IMG/VR virus record: IMGVR_UViG_3300030329_003231
Direction: 5' to 3' (one strand)
DNA from: an uncultured virus (IMG/VR IMGVR_UViG_3300030329_003231)
Lineage: Duplodnaviria; Heunggongvirae; Uroviricota; Caudoviricetes
DNA: 58,816 nt
The position numbers were made by a program, and so were the translations under genes. The stretch's first letter is position 1; each line of letters begins with the position of its first letter. The notes beneath the pieces were generated by a model, which had not been told where the DNA came from, did no database searches, and saw only the letters and a list, made by a program, of their open reading frames with translations. This document shows positions 18,877 through 28,851 of the stretch, in pieces.

Positions 18877-19926
18877 TTAAGAAACCGTTGGATAAACAGG
18901 TTGGTTACCAGTTGTAATTCCAGACATTGCGACTAGAATCTCTTTCTTAACACGGTAGTTACCTGCGTTATCATAGTAGGTTTGAACTCCAACCCAACCA
19001 GCACCAGTCTCATACTGACCACCATCAGCAGCAGTGGCACCATTATCAGAAACACCAAAGACTTTCTTATGGTTTCCGCCATAATATCTCTGGATATCTA
19101 GTTCATCATCAGTGCTAATACCAGCAGTTACTCCCGCATCCACTTGAGCCCAATTCATATTTTCAAACATTAATCCAGCACCCGCAGAAATTGCTTGGGA
19201 AATAGTGGATCCCAATGTGATACCGGTACTACCCAAGGAAGTGATGACGTAACCGGTACCGGTTCCACCAGTACCTATCCTAACAATAGCCCCCACATCT
19301 ATTCCTGGAAGAGCTTGATTACCGCCATTAACATAGACTGTATAACCAGCACCAGGAGAAGCATGGTTAGCAGTAACCATCGCTGTACCAATAGAAACAA
19401 TTGTTAAATTATTACCGTCATTTACAATTGTATCACCAATTTGAATTATATCCTCTCCCCACAATGCAAATGCAGGATAATCGGCATTATTGGGTTTTTG
19501 GAGAGCTATAATACTAGTTCCTATACCAACATTAGTAGTGGCAGCTCCAATAAAAGTAGTTTGATTCGACGGATCCTCTCTATTAACATCAGAATCCATG
19601 CTGTACCATGGTTGGAGAGTTGTATACTGAGGTAACTCACTTATCTGGTAAGAAGTATCAGCAATAGCAGCACCACTAAGTCCCATCGTCGAAGCAATGG
19701 TGAGTGTAGTAGTGGAAGCAATACCTACAATGGCAGCATCACCAAAATAAGTTCCTGAATCGGTTGTCATACCAATTCTTATTACATCTCCAGTCTTCGC
19801 ATACCCCGGAGTACCGAAACTAGATCCCGTTCCAGTAATAGTTAAAGTATCATAATCCAGTGATACTACACCCGCACCACTCTCACCAAGTGCGCTCACA
19901 TTGTCGTTATTTCCCCAGAGTGCCAT
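18877..19926 (-). CDS. probable virion structural protein
   Basis: MALWGNND start, Gly/Thr-rich beta content, C-terminal GWVGV...RVKKEILVAM; perfect late promoter upstream. Confidence 0.75.
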   Translation of the reverse strand: MALWGNNDNVSALGESGAGVVSLDYDTLTITGTGSSFGTPGYAKTGDVIRIGMTTDSGTYFGDAAIVGIASTTTLTIASTMGLSGAAIADTSYQISELPQYTTLQPWYSMDSDVNREDPSNQTTFIGAATTNVGIGTSIIALQKPNNADYPAFALWGEDIIQIGDTIVNDGNNLTIVSIGTAMVTANHASPGAGYTVYVNGGNQALPGIDVGAIVRIGTGGTGTGYVITSLGSTGITLGSTISQAISAGAGLMFENMNWAQVDAGVTAGISTDDELDIQRYYGGNHKKVFGVSDNGATAADGGQYETGAGWVGVQTYYDNAGNYRVKKEILVAMSGITTGNQPVYPTVS

Positions 19927-19960
19927 GTCGTTTTTTCCGTAGAATTTCTGTGCTAATGAA

Positions 19961-19968
19961 TATTTATA
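19961..19968 (-). promoter_or_regulatory. T4 late promoter
   Basis: Perfect TATAAATA. Confidence 0.75.
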
Positions 19969-19979
19969 GAACTATGATC

Positions 19980-20183
19980 TTAGAGATATGCCTTAGATAT
20001 GTTAGTTGCAAACCCTATGACAGTCGTGCCAGCGGCTAATACTGCAGCTGCACCTATCACCCATTTCTCTACAACTTTCAGTCTTTCGCGTAGTTCTTCT
20101 TGTTTTTCTTCAAGTCTTTCTATTTTTAATTGCATCACAGTAATACGTGTCTCCTGTGAGGCATCCAGTCCTAAATCTGCCAT
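19980..20183 (-). CDS. small coiled-coil plus TM protein
   Basis: KIERLEEKQEELRERL plus WVIGAAAVLAAG. Confidence 0.7.
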   Translation of the reverse strand: MADLGLDASQETRITVMQLKIERLEEKQEELRERLKVVEKWVIGAAAVLAAGTTVIGFATNISKAYL

Positions 20184-20209
20184 ACTATTAAATTATGAAG
20201 TTGTTTTAT

Positions 20210-21499
20210 TTAGTCGTAAATCTTCTTACCCGATCTAATACGACCTTTTCCGCGTTTGTCGTAGAATCGGACACCTTTCTTTTTGGTGTCAATATACTGG
20301 GCATCTTTTTCTTTACGATCCTTAATTTTTTTCTCCAACCTATCTTTGGCTGCTTGTGAACTTGCCATAAAAGATTTAAAATCTCCTTCCTGAAGTGCAG
20401 GTTTATCGTGTTTTTCTTTACTACCAATCTTCTTCTTTAATTTCTCATAATCTTTTACATAACTTTCAGGAACATACTCCTGTGCCAACATCTGATAAGG
20501 AGCTTTGGGTCTTTTCTTTTCCCTTTGCTTCTCTCTCGCTTCTCTATCCCTGCGAGCAGCAGATACCATAGCATCAATAACCTTTGAAGCAGCACCTTTA
20601 TTATCTTTAAGGCGGCTAACTTTCATTTCATTCACCCCCGCTACGGTTCCTTTTAAATCTTTCTTAAAAAGACCTTTAAACCTTTTATCAATAGCGGTTC
20701 TATCCTTCCTACTCACATTAGGACTAGGAGTAATTTCTTCAGATGCAAATGCTTTCTTCATCACATCCAATTTTAGATGTGGTGGTAGACTCGCTTCTGC
20801 TTCTTTTCTTTTCTTCTCTGCATCCTTCTTTCTTTTCTTTGTATCAATAACCTCTATCTCAGGTTTCCAATCTTCTTTTTTTAATTCAGGATGAAACTTA
20901 ATATGAATATTCTTAGCATCCTTAGCACATGTTTTCCCATCAATTTCTACTTCAACAGGGTATGCTTTATATTTGTCATACCAATATGCTACATCATAAC
21001 TACCATCCTTATTCACCTGAGTAAGTAATCCCCTTTCATGTTTATTACTATCCGCCTTCAAAACATTATTAACACCAGTCTTAAGAGTTAAATCTACTTT
21101 ACCATTCTCAACAGATTCTTTTTGATACTTCTTATACTTCTTATCAGTACCAGGTTTGTAATGAGGATGGTCACCTTTCTTTTTCATAGACCACATCAAC
21201 TTAAACATATCAGCAGTCTTTTCCTTCTTGGTTTTACTACCAGGAAGTCCTTTGAATCTACCATCATCTAGTGCTCTTTTGAAGGCAGCGGCAGTTCCAC
21301 CAATCTTTGACTTAGGTTTCCAAGGTTTTGTTTTTTCTTTCTCTGCCTTGGTATGACCCCATCCAGGAGGTGATACTTCCTGAATATCCTGTGCAAAATC
21401 CTTAGCCGCCTTTTTACTAATACCCCTCTTCTTTCTCTCCTCTGGATTAGACAAGAGATATCCAAAAAATCTTTGTTGCTTTTTAGAGACGGCTGGCAT
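20210..21499 (-). CDS. Lys-rich modular protein, putative head-internal polyprotein
   Basis: N-terminal MPAVSKKQQRFFG; basic modules separated by IQE, QKE, SEE, VNE, AQE, VPE and LQE motifs. Confidence 0.7.
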   Translation of the reverse strand: MPAVSKKQQRFFGYLLSNPEERKKRGISKKAAKDFAQDIQEVSPPGWGHTKAEKEKTKPWKPKSKIGGTAAAFKRALDDGRFKGLPGSKTKKEKTADMFKLMWSMKKKGDHPHYKPGTDKKYKKYQKESVENGKVDLTLKTGVNNVLKADSNKHERGLLTQVNKDGSYDVAYWYDKYKAYPVEVEIDGKTCAKDAKNIHIKFHPELKKEDWKPEIEVIDTKKRKKDAEKKRKEAEASLPPHLKLDVMKKAFASEEITPSPNVSRKDRTAIDKRFKGLFKKDLKGTVAGVNEMKVSRLKDNKGAASKVIDAMVSAARRDREAREKQREKKRPKAPYQMLAQEYVPESYVKDYEKLKKKIGSKEKHDKPALQEGDFKSFMASSQAAKDRLEKKIKDRKEKDAQYIDTKKKGVRFYDKRGKGRIRSGKKIYD

Positions 21500-21794
21500 T
21501 CTCAGATCCTCCTATATTACAGGAAATATCAGAATCACAATTTTCAGATCCTCCCGTAGCAATTTCATATATCTTCTGGTGCATAGTCTTCTCCTTTTCT
21601 ATTTCATCACTCTCATCCGGATTATCAGTAAACCAATCGGCTATTTCTTCTTCTGGACGAGGATTATCAGTAGCAATCGGCATACTATCTAAAGGATTCG
21701 AGGAAGGAGGAGGTATTAATGGTCCAGTTGAACCATCATTTTCTACAAACCACTCATGAGGGTCAACCCCAAGATCATTAACTAATGTCATCAT
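21483..21794 (-). CDS. acidic hypothetical protein
   Basis: 103-aa ORF coupled to both neighbours. Confidence 0.65.
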   Translation of the reverse strand: MMTLVNDLGVDPHEWFVENDGSTGPLIPPPSSNPLDSMPIATDNPRPEEEIADWFTDNPDESDEIEKEKTMHQKIYEIATGGSENCDSDISCNIGGSENASRL

Positions 21795-23665
21795 GTTCCC
21801 AATCCACGACCTTTCTGATAGTTATCTTCACTACCATATCTTGCTACTACATTAGCATAATCTTGTGGATTTTTGTATCCCGCTTTCTTTGCTCTAGCAG
21901 CAAATGCTTTGTTCTTCTCTACTTGTCTCTTTTGACGTTCTGCAGCAGCCTTTTTCTTGTCTGCCTCAGTGGGTTTATCTCGCTTCGGGTCATAGATAGC
22001 ACCCTTACCGTGCTTTTTTATGATGCTTTTCCTCACTAATTCCAGTGCTCTGTCTCTTGATTCTTGTGCGATTACATTTGCTTGAGCATCAGTATTAGTT
22101 CCGCCATTCTCTTCTTTCTTTTTCATAGACTGAGATCTACGTCTTAACTGAAGTTTCTGACGATCTAACATTAACTGCTTTCTTTGAAGCACTTGCTCAC
22201 GAGATTTAAGATCTTCAAATACTTCTTTATTCTTCTCATCATTAATTACATGCTCATGAAACATTCCTTCGATAATCTCCAAAGAAGAAACGGGAATATT
22301 CTTAATAATTTTATTAGAGAACATTACATCATAATGAGTAACCTGTCCATCTTCATCAAGAGTGTGCATTTCTTTAATACATCTTCCCATACCATACTCT
22401 TCATGCTTCACCTTAGATGCACAGTTATGCCCTTTCTTTTTCTTCTTAGCACCTTCACTTACAGTATGATGACTCTCACCACATTCTATGCAAGGATCTT
22501 GTCCGCAATCACACTCACATTCGGTTGCTTCACTGATTTCCTTTGCACGTTTTTTTAGTGCTTTGGCCCTATCTGCATTTGCTTCTCTCTTTTCAAGCTC
22601 AAATACTGCCTTCTCCTGTGCCTTTAATTGAGCATCCGTTGCTTCACCAACAACCTTCTTAACATCCCTCGCAAACTTAACAGCAGTCTTCACACCAGAC
22701 TTAACACCTGATGCAAATTCCCTAGCACGTTTCTCTGGTACTCTACCCTTTGCTCTGGCAGCCTTATGACGCTCCATACCTTTCTTGTATGCAGTACGTA
22801 TTTTATCTGCTAAACCTGCCTTAGATGGTTTCTTAGCAGGTTGAGTCCTTTTAACCTTAGCAACTGCCTTAACTACCTTCTTAGCAACTGGTTTTTTGGG
22901 TGCCGCAGGTTTTGCTGGTGCTGCTGGTTTCTTAGGAGCAGCTGGTTTTGCTGGTGCTGCTGGTTTCTTTGGTGCTACTTTCTTTTTAGCAGCAGGTTTG
23001 TCATCATAAACTGTAACATCAGTTTCTTTCTTCGCATATGAAGGAGCATACTCTCCTTTCTTTGCTTTTCTTCTTGCAGCATCTGCCTTATCAACTTCTG
23101 CTTTTACTTGAGGAAACTTCTTTGCCCTGACAGTAGCACGTCTTGCTGCTCTTTCTTCATTAAGTTGTACAGCCCCACCATCAACAAAGTCAACAAATGC
23201 TTCAAGTCCAATCTCTTCAATCAGTTGATCTATTCCTTCTTCATTAATACCTTCTTCATAGAAATAATCAACAGCAGATAATATTTGAGGATCAACTTCT
23301 ACTGCTTCAATTAATTCCCCACCCATTTGCTCAACGGCTTCGGGTAATTTAGGATTAATTTTAATTTTATTTTTAATACCCTTTACTTCTTTGACCTTTT
23401 TCTCTGCTTGTTTCTCATCTTTAAATGCTGGACCGGCTACCGCAGAAGGATCTCCATACTCTGCAATAAATTCTTCTCTCCAATTAGAAAAAGTTTCCTT
23501 AGTGGCTTTAATCTTTGCAGAATTACCAGTAGGTTTATAGTTAGTAGGGGTAGGACCACCTATCTCTTCCCATCTCTTTATATCCGCTTCTGTCTCTGCC
23601 TTCTTGACATTAGCAATTTGATCGAGATAGACCTTAGAAAGGTCATTTAAAGGATTTGACGACAT
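21791..23665 (-). CDS. modular protein with a histone H1-like PAK region and Cys/His modules, putative head-internal polyprotein
   Basis: KKPAAPAKPAAP repeats; CECDCGQDPCIECGESHH; HNCASKVKHEEYG module; LNE, VGE, ISE, VSE, VFE and AQE junctions. Confidence 0.7.
   Translation of the reverse strand: MSSNPLNDLSKVYLDQIANVKKAETEADIKRWEEIGGPTPTNYKPTGNSAKIKATKETFSNWREEFIAEYGDPSAVAGPAFKDEKQAEKKVKEVKGIKNKIKINPKLPEAVEQMGGELIEAVEVDPQILSAVDYFYEEGINEEGIDQLIEEIGLEAFVDFVDGGAVQLNEERAARRATVRAKKFPQVKAEVDKADAARRKAKKGEYAPSYAKKETDVTVYDDKPAAKKKVAPKKPAAPAKPAAPKKPAAPAKPAAPKKPVAKKVVKAVAKVKRTQPAKKPSKAGLADKIRTAYKKGMERHKAARAKGRVPEKRAREFASGVKSGVKTAVKFARDVKKVVGEATDAQLKAQEKAVFELEKREANADRAKALKKRAKEISEATECECDCGQDPCIECGESHHTVSEGAKKKKKGHNCASKVKHEEYGMGRCIKEMHTLDEDGQVTHYDVMFSNKIIKNIPVSSLEIIEGMFHEHVINDEKNKEVFEDLKSREQVLQRKQLMLDRQKLQLRRRSQSMKKKEENGGTNTDAQANVIAQESRDRALELVRKSIIKKHGKGAIYDPKRDKPTEADKKKAAAERQKRQVEKNKAFAARAKKAGYKNPQDYANVVARYGSEDNYQKGRGLGT
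22898..22969 (-). repeat. 2 x 36-nt coding tandem repeat (KKPAAPAKPAAP)
   Basis: Direct repeat visible in both DNA and protein. Confidence 0.85.
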
Positions 23666-23667
23666 GA

Positions 23668-24921
23668 TTACTTCTTAGCCTTTTTAGCCTTATACTTATT
23701 TATGAAATTCCTAATGCTTTCTTGCCCTGGAACCATTGATTGAGCATACTCTCTATATGAATCTGTTCCAAATTCTCTCTTACTAGCCTCGACACCATAC
23801 TTACCAGTCTTTGATGCAGGTTTTACTGCTTCCATTACATCTCTAATCCATGATTTAAACATATTATCCTGTTCGGTAACACAAATCAAGTAGTTTGTAC
23901 CTCTACGAAGGATTCTACCTACTAAACCAGTGTTTAAGTTCTCTACAATGTCCCCAATATTAAAAATTTTCTTGGTTACATAGTGTTCACGTAAAGTTTG
24001 TTGATCATAACGAGGAGCAATTTGCCAATCCGCAAAGTCTTCTTTGACTTTTGCTGCTGCTTTGATCTTCATACCCTGTCTAACAGCACTAAACAGTGCC
24101 ATTGCATCACCATCATTGATTCCTTTGGGTAATCCTCTCTTAAATGCATTAAAATCATCATCTACAACTGCTTTTCTTTGCTTAGATGCAGAAACTCCTT
24201 CAATACCCGTGGCATCTTCCTCTCTTGGACCAGCAGAAATGGTACGAATGAGGTCAAAATCATACAATTGCCCATTATATTTCTGTGCGAGGTTCTCAAA
24301 CTCACCTTGTCTGTCTGCTCCTACAATAATATTAATATTTTTGTACCCTTCTTCTGATGCAGCAACCAAAACATCAAAAATTGACTTCATTTCAGGGTCA
24401 TTAATGATCTGTTCCTTATGTTTAGGGAACATTTTCCTCATATATGATACCTTCATGTCAGGATCAAGAGGATTCTTCTTATTATCTTGTGTTCTTGAAG
24501 GATAAATCTTTAAATCTCCACCAACAGATGCTTTTTCTGCTGCACTTATAAGTTTTTCATGACCAACAGTAGGAGGATTGAAGCGACCAAAGGCAAGAGT
24601 TAATGTACCACCATCCCCTTTCTTTCCTTCTGGTTCTGGTTTTGCTTTTGCTCTTGGTTTTGGTGCTGGTTTTCTCTGTAATGGAGAACCTGCAAGGTCA
24701 TCATCTCTCCGACGGCGACCCATGATCTGTGCGGGAGACTCATCCCGTGCAGGAGTCTTCTTACTAGTAAATTTTAACTTACCTTTCTCAGTAACCGCCA
24801 CCAATTTCCCACGGGAATCAAACCAGGACCCGTGACCATCACTCTTGAGGTTAAGTTTCTTCGCTTGCGCGGACGCTTGCGACGCTCCTGCCTCTGTTAG
24901 GAATTGTAAAAGATTCTTCAT
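23668..24921 (-). CDS. cytidylyltransferase-like (HIGH) nucleotidyltransferase
   Basis: FGRFNPPTVGH, VGADR, SASKQR; N-terminal MKNLLQFLTE. Confidence 0.85.
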   Translation of the reverse strand: MKNLLQFLTEAGASQASAQAKKLNLKSDGHGSWFDSRGKLVAVTEKGKLKFTSKKTPARDESPAQIMGRRRRDDDLAGSPLQRKPAPKPRAKAKPEPEGKKGDGGTLTLAFGRFNPPTVGHEKLISAAEKASVGGDLKIYPSRTQDNKKNPLDPDMKVSYMRKMFPKHKEQIINDPEMKSIFDVLVAASEEGYKNINIIVGADRQGEFENLAQKYNGQLYDFDLIRTISAGPREEDATGIEGVSASKQRKAVVDDDFNAFKRGLPKGINDGDAMALFSAVRQGMKIKAAAKVKEDFADWQIAPRYDQQTLREHYVTKKIFNIGDIVENLNTGLVGRILRRGTNYLICVTEQDNMFKSWIRDVMEAVKPASKTGKYGVEASKREFGTDSYREYAQSMVPGQESIRNFINKYKAKKAKK

Positions 24922-24926
24922 ACCTA

Positions 24927-24934
24927 TATTTAGT
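24927..24934 (-). promoter_or_regulatory. late promoter
   Basis: ACTAAATA 5 nt upstream of the ATG. Confidence 0.55.
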
Positions 24935-24942
24935 GTCTTTTA

Positions 24943-26673
24943 TTAGTACACCTTTACATGTAGACCACCAATAAATTTAGATTTTAATTTATTAGATTGT
25001 CCCATTCCACTCTGTTCCATTAATTCTCTTTCTTCTTTGTTTAAACCCGATCCAAGTCCAATAGAAGCAGCAGCATTATAAAGATGTTGGACTACCCTTC
25101 TCTTTACCGTTTCATTCCTAATATTATTAATTGATATAGAAATTTCAGATGCTATTAATTTATCTTTTAAAAACCCAACATTATTACCTATGGAACTATC
25201 AGATCTCATATCAGGTATATTATCCCCATTGACCTCCATCCAAATATCATTCATATAAGAAACTATTTCATTATATTGTTCAGGAGTAAATTTAATTGGT
25301 TGACTAATAAACATATCACCTGTTGTTAAAGGCAACTGTTCTTGATGTTTTTTCTTTATCTTATTTAAATCAGCAATTCCTTGAGATGATGTTCCAGATA
25401 TGATCTTAGTAAAAGCCCCTCCACCCAAAGATCCCATTTTTGCCAATGCTGTTGGTTTGATATTTGGTCCTTTTGTTTGAGTATATTCCAATTCTAATTG
25501 TTTCTTATTAGCATTATACTTAATTCTAATATGTTTTTCTGATCCGGGAACCACCTTTCCTATGTTTCCAAACATTTGAGATTGAGCATTCCTAGCATTT
25601 ACTCCTTTCTTCAATTCAACAGTTTCTAAAGTGAAGTTAATTTTCATATCCCTATTACCCTTAGTCAATTCAATGGTAGGATTACGGGTCCTCCCAAAAG
25701 ATATTCTTTCAACAAACTGATCACTATTCATTAAAGTATAATGAAGAAATTTAGGATCGGCTTTAGTCTTCTTAAGAGAAATGGGGATAATATCTTTTTT
25801 ATCATATTGCTTAATTAAAAAATTATTTAATAATGGAACACTTGCTTTTCCACTCTCAGCCGCAACTTGATTAAAATGACGTAAAGATCTAGCACCCTGG
25901 GGGGTTATAATCCAAATATCGGCAGGATTCCATTTATCCGGTTGAAGTCCCGTTTTAGCAGCCAAATAAACCCTATAAGGATCTATTGCATTTCCTGTTC
26001 CAAAAATCTTATCATTGAAAATTTTTCCATTACTGGGAATAGGTAATCTAGAAACTAATACTTCAGCCGTTGCACTCGCACTATCCAACCAAGTATCTTG
26101 CTTATCGGAAATCTGTCTGGAAAATATTTTTAAATTCTTTCTTACAGTAGCATTAGTAAGAGAATACTTTCCAATGGTTGCAATTCGGGGTCTAACTGCT
26201 CTTAAAACACTAGGTTTAAAATCATCCCCATCAGAAACATCAGCATGAGTTGCTCTCTTACCATAAATTAATCTATATGCCAAACAAAACTGAACTAATA
26301 TCTCACTATAAACTTCAGTATCACGACCACCAACCTTAGCAACATTCGATGCCTTAGATTCTTTTACATTTTCTTTCCATAATTCCGTTATCTTTACTGT
26401 ACCTCCATTAACCACAGGCATCTCAGAATTTTTAGAATTTAAAAAAGAAATAACTTCACGACTAGTGGTACACTTAGCCATGTCAGCAACTAATTTTTTC
26501 TGTTGCCCAACCGATTTAAACCCTATAATAACTGAACCTTTATCCCCCTTCGCACCTTTTCTAAATGGAGTCTTATCCCTAATCATTGACACAAAGGAAG
26601 GCCAATATTTCAAATCCCCAGTTTTATGGGTCTTCGCTAAATCAGGAGATGACCCCATTTTTAGTGCAGCCAT
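24943..26673 (-). CDS. large hypothetical protein, possible PD-(D/E)xK nuclease
   Basis: DKWNPADIW...IIPISLKK motif spacing. Confidence 0.55.
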   Translation of the reverse strand: MAALKMGSSPDLAKTHKTGDLKYWPSFVSMIRDKTPFRKGAKGDKGSVIIGFKSVGQQKKLVADMAKCTTSREVISFLNSKNSEMPVVNGGTVKITELWKENVKESKASNVAKVGGRDTEVYSEILVQFCLAYRLIYGKRATHADVSDGDDFKPSVLRAVRPRIATIGKYSLTNATVRKNLKIFSRQISDKQDTWLDSASATAEVLVSRLPIPSNGKIFNDKIFGTGNAIDPYRVYLAAKTGLQPDKWNPADIWIITPQGARSLRHFNQVAAESGKASVPLLNNFLIKQYDKKDIIPISLKKTKADPKFLHYTLMNSDQFVERISFGRTRNPTIELTKGNRDMKINFTLETVELKKGVNARNAQSQMFGNIGKVVPGSEKHIRIKYNANKKQLELEYTQTKGPNIKPTALAKMGSLGGGAFTKIISGTSSQGIADLNKIKKKHQEQLPLTTGDMFISQPIKFTPEQYNEIVSYMNDIWMEVNGDNIPDMRSDSSIGNNVGFLKDKLIASEISISINNIRNETVKRRVVQHLYNAAASIGLGSGLNKEERELMEQSGMGQSNKLKSKFIGGLHVKVY

Positions 26674-26886
26674 CTAACTTTTGAAGTAGTGATCTATAAC
26701 TTCAACTTGGTCATGGTAACGAGCAATCTTATCCAACTCTACTTGGATTGCCTCAGTAATATCGGAGTGCTCTCCAATACCCGCAGGATGCTCTAAGTAA
26801 ACATTAACATTTGCTCGATGCTTTGCAATTTCACCTTGTGCATGAGCTTTAACAGCTGCAATTAATTGTTCTCTCATGTGTAACAT
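26674..26886 (-). CDS. conserved phage hypothetical protein
   Basis: ANVNVYLEHPAGIGEHSDI. Confidence 0.8.
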   Translation of the reverse strand: MLHMREQLIAAVKAHAQGEIAKHRANVNVYLEHPAGIGEHSDITEAIQVELDKIARYHDQVEVIDHYFKS

Positions 26887-26922
26887 AAATCACTCTCCAT
26901 ATTATAGCATACTACGTGATAT

Positions 26923-28134
26923 TTATCTCACGTTAGCAGCATACCACCTTTCAAACTCTTCTCTACGCTTATCACCTCTTGGTGGCATAGGAGTTCTTTC
27001 TCCAGGAACCCTCTTATTCCTTTTCCTTTCTTCTTCTTCACCCTTTTCTGGGTTACGTTGGTAACCTTCCTCAAATTCCATCCAATAATCTTCTTTGGTT
27101 ACTACCCAATTAGCAAGAACATGATTTACTGCTTCTTCATCTGCACCTTCATTAATAAAGAAATTAGCTAGTGCCTGAATATCAGCACCTTCTTTCTTCA
27201 TTGACGCAAAAGTCTGAGCAAGGTTTGCTTGTCTCTTAGTACGAGTATCAAACTTATCAGGATGGTCATCAACATACTTAGCAAATTTCTGAACGGGCAT
27301 GTCATGTGCTTTTGCTTTCCTAGTGAATGCACCCGGACGCTTTACTGCACCTTGAATCCATTTCTTGTCCTCTTCCATATCGAAAGGAACAACCTTAAAC
27401 TTAACTCCCCCTACCTCATGAAGATCAGTTAGTGCATCAGCAACTACATCCCAAAGAACTTCTTCTTTATTATGAAGAGGATCATAAACTCTCTTTGCCT
27501 TTTCACTCTTCTTACCTTCTTTCTCAGTGGTAGATCCCTTAGCATGTTCCCAAGGATGACCTGCTCTCTGAGCATCACGCTTCATCTTATAGCGTTCCCA
27601 CTTGGAATACCTTTCATCTTCATCTGCTTTCTTATTCTTACCATGCATCCTATCATAGGTAGCATCATCAGTAGCTTTCTTTGCCCTATCCTTATCGATA
27701 ACTGCTGCTACTTGTAAAGGAGTGTCTTTATGCTTCTCTTGAAGATCTTCTTCATTCATGTGAGATGCTTTTTTATAAAGAGGTTCACCAGTCTTTACAT
27801 TCTTCTTATCTCTATCTTGCCATGCTTTGGTGTTCCCTGCTTTATCAGCATTAGTTAAAGTGTAAGCTTCTTTCTTTACCTCACCTTTTTCATATCCCTT
27901 TCCATCACCATCATCATCCCACCAACGCTTTGCCTTCTTCTTACCATTCTTCCCATTATCATCTCCATTCTTACCATTACCATTTTTACCATTACCATTT
28001 TTATTAGGAGATCCAAAAAGATCATCGTCTTTTTTACGATCCTCTTCTTCCTTCTCAGGAGACTCGTCTTTTTTAGCTTCAGAATAGATGAGCTTATATG
28101 CGTCTTCTAATCCAGTAAAATTTTTGGAATCCAT
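26923..28134 (-). CDS. charged modular protein, putative head-internal polyprotein
   Basis: Leader MDSKNFTGLEDAYKLIYSE; NGK repeats; KKWIQGAVKRPGAF module; many xxE junctions. Confidence 0.7.
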   Translation of the reverse strand: MDSKNFTGLEDAYKLIYSEAKKDESPEKEEEDRKKDDDLFGSPNKNGNGKNGNGKNGDDNGKNGKKKAKRWWDDDGDGKGYEKGEVKKEAYTLTNADKAGNTKAWQDRDKKNVKTGEPLYKKASHMNEEDLQEKHKDTPLQVAAVIDKDRAKKATDDATYDRMHGKNKKADEDERYSKWERYKMKRDAQRAGHPWEHAKGSTTEKEGKKSEKAKRVYDPLHNKEEVLWDVVADALTDLHEVGGVKFKVVPFDMEEDKKWIQGAVKRPGAFTRKAKAHDMPVQKFAKYVDDHPDKFDTRTKRQANLAQTFASMKKEGADIQALANFFINEGADEEAVNHVLANWVVTKEDYWMEFEEGYQRNPEKGEEEERKRNKRVPGERTPMPPRGDKRREEFERWYAANVR

Positions 28135-28155
28135 TGCTCAAAACACTTTTTCTTT

Positions 28156-28163
28156 TATTTAGT
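28156..28163 (-). promoter_or_regulatory. late promoter
   Basis: ACTAAATA about 20 nt upstream of the ATG. Confidence 0.55.
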
Positions 28164-28168
28164 CTATA

Positions 28169-28576
28169 TCACAAGTCTCCATCCTTACGATTCTCAGATT
28201 TATGAACATCAAACTCTCCTCCTGGATAACGTGCCTTTAATTTTTCTACATTCATCTCAATGATCTCATCAAAGGTCGTATCAAGTGCCATACATGCCTG
28301 AGCAATATACCAACAAATATCTCCTAGTTCACGTTTGAGATGAAATACATTATCCTTATTATAAGGTTTACCTTGAAGAATAATTTTCTTTACCACTTCT
28401 GTAAACTCACCTGCCTCCGCAGTTAATCCAAGAGCCGCAGTAAGAAGATGAGAGATATCACAATCATCTTCTACTTCCAGTTCAGTTATCCTTTTAAGGA
28501 GCATTGCAAAATCCTTACTAGGTTCACTAGTAACTCCATCAACGAAATCCAAATACTTTGCGGTGTCTACTGTCAT
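28169..28576 (-). CDS. mazG: MazG-like nucleotide pyrophosphohydrolase
   Basis: GLTAEAGEFTEVVKK, RELGDICWY, NVEKLKARYP. Confidence 0.93.
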   Translation of the reverse strand: MTVDTAKYLDFVDGVTSEPSKDFAMLLKRITELEVEDDCDISHLLTAALGLTAEAGEFTEVVKKIILQGKPYNKDNVFHLKRELGDICWYIAQACMALDTTFDEIIEMNVEKLKARYPGGEFDVHKSENRKDGDL

Positions 28577-28851
28577 TTGTCTCTTCTTAAATCATCTCTA
28601 AAAATTTGTTGATCAACCTTCGTAGATTGAGTATCACTAACTGTCACTTCTTCCTGTGGATGTGGAACCTCATAAGTGATATGTTCTTCGGTTTCAAAGA
28701 TTTCTTCTGGATTACCCTTACATCTTTTAACTCTTCTAACAGTATGCTCATCAGCACCTACTCCTTTTCGGACAGTTCTGCCCAGAACTTCATACTCTAA
28801 ATATGAAGTATTTTCTGGTTCCACATACGGAACAAATTTCTTTTCTTTCAT
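28573..28851 (-). CDS. hypothetical protein
   Basis: 92-aa ORF with ATGA overlaps. Confidence 0.65.
   Translation of the reverse strand: MKEKKFVPYVEPENTSYLEYEVLGRTVRKGVGADEHTVRRVKRCKGNPEEIFETEEHITYEVPHPQEEVTVSDTQSTKVDQQIFRDDLRRDK

Noticed and set aside
27945..28005. NGK-type short repeats as a CRISPR or other DNA repeat element
   Set aside because: Coding low-complexity sequence without spacers; no CRISPR array seen anywhere in the window.
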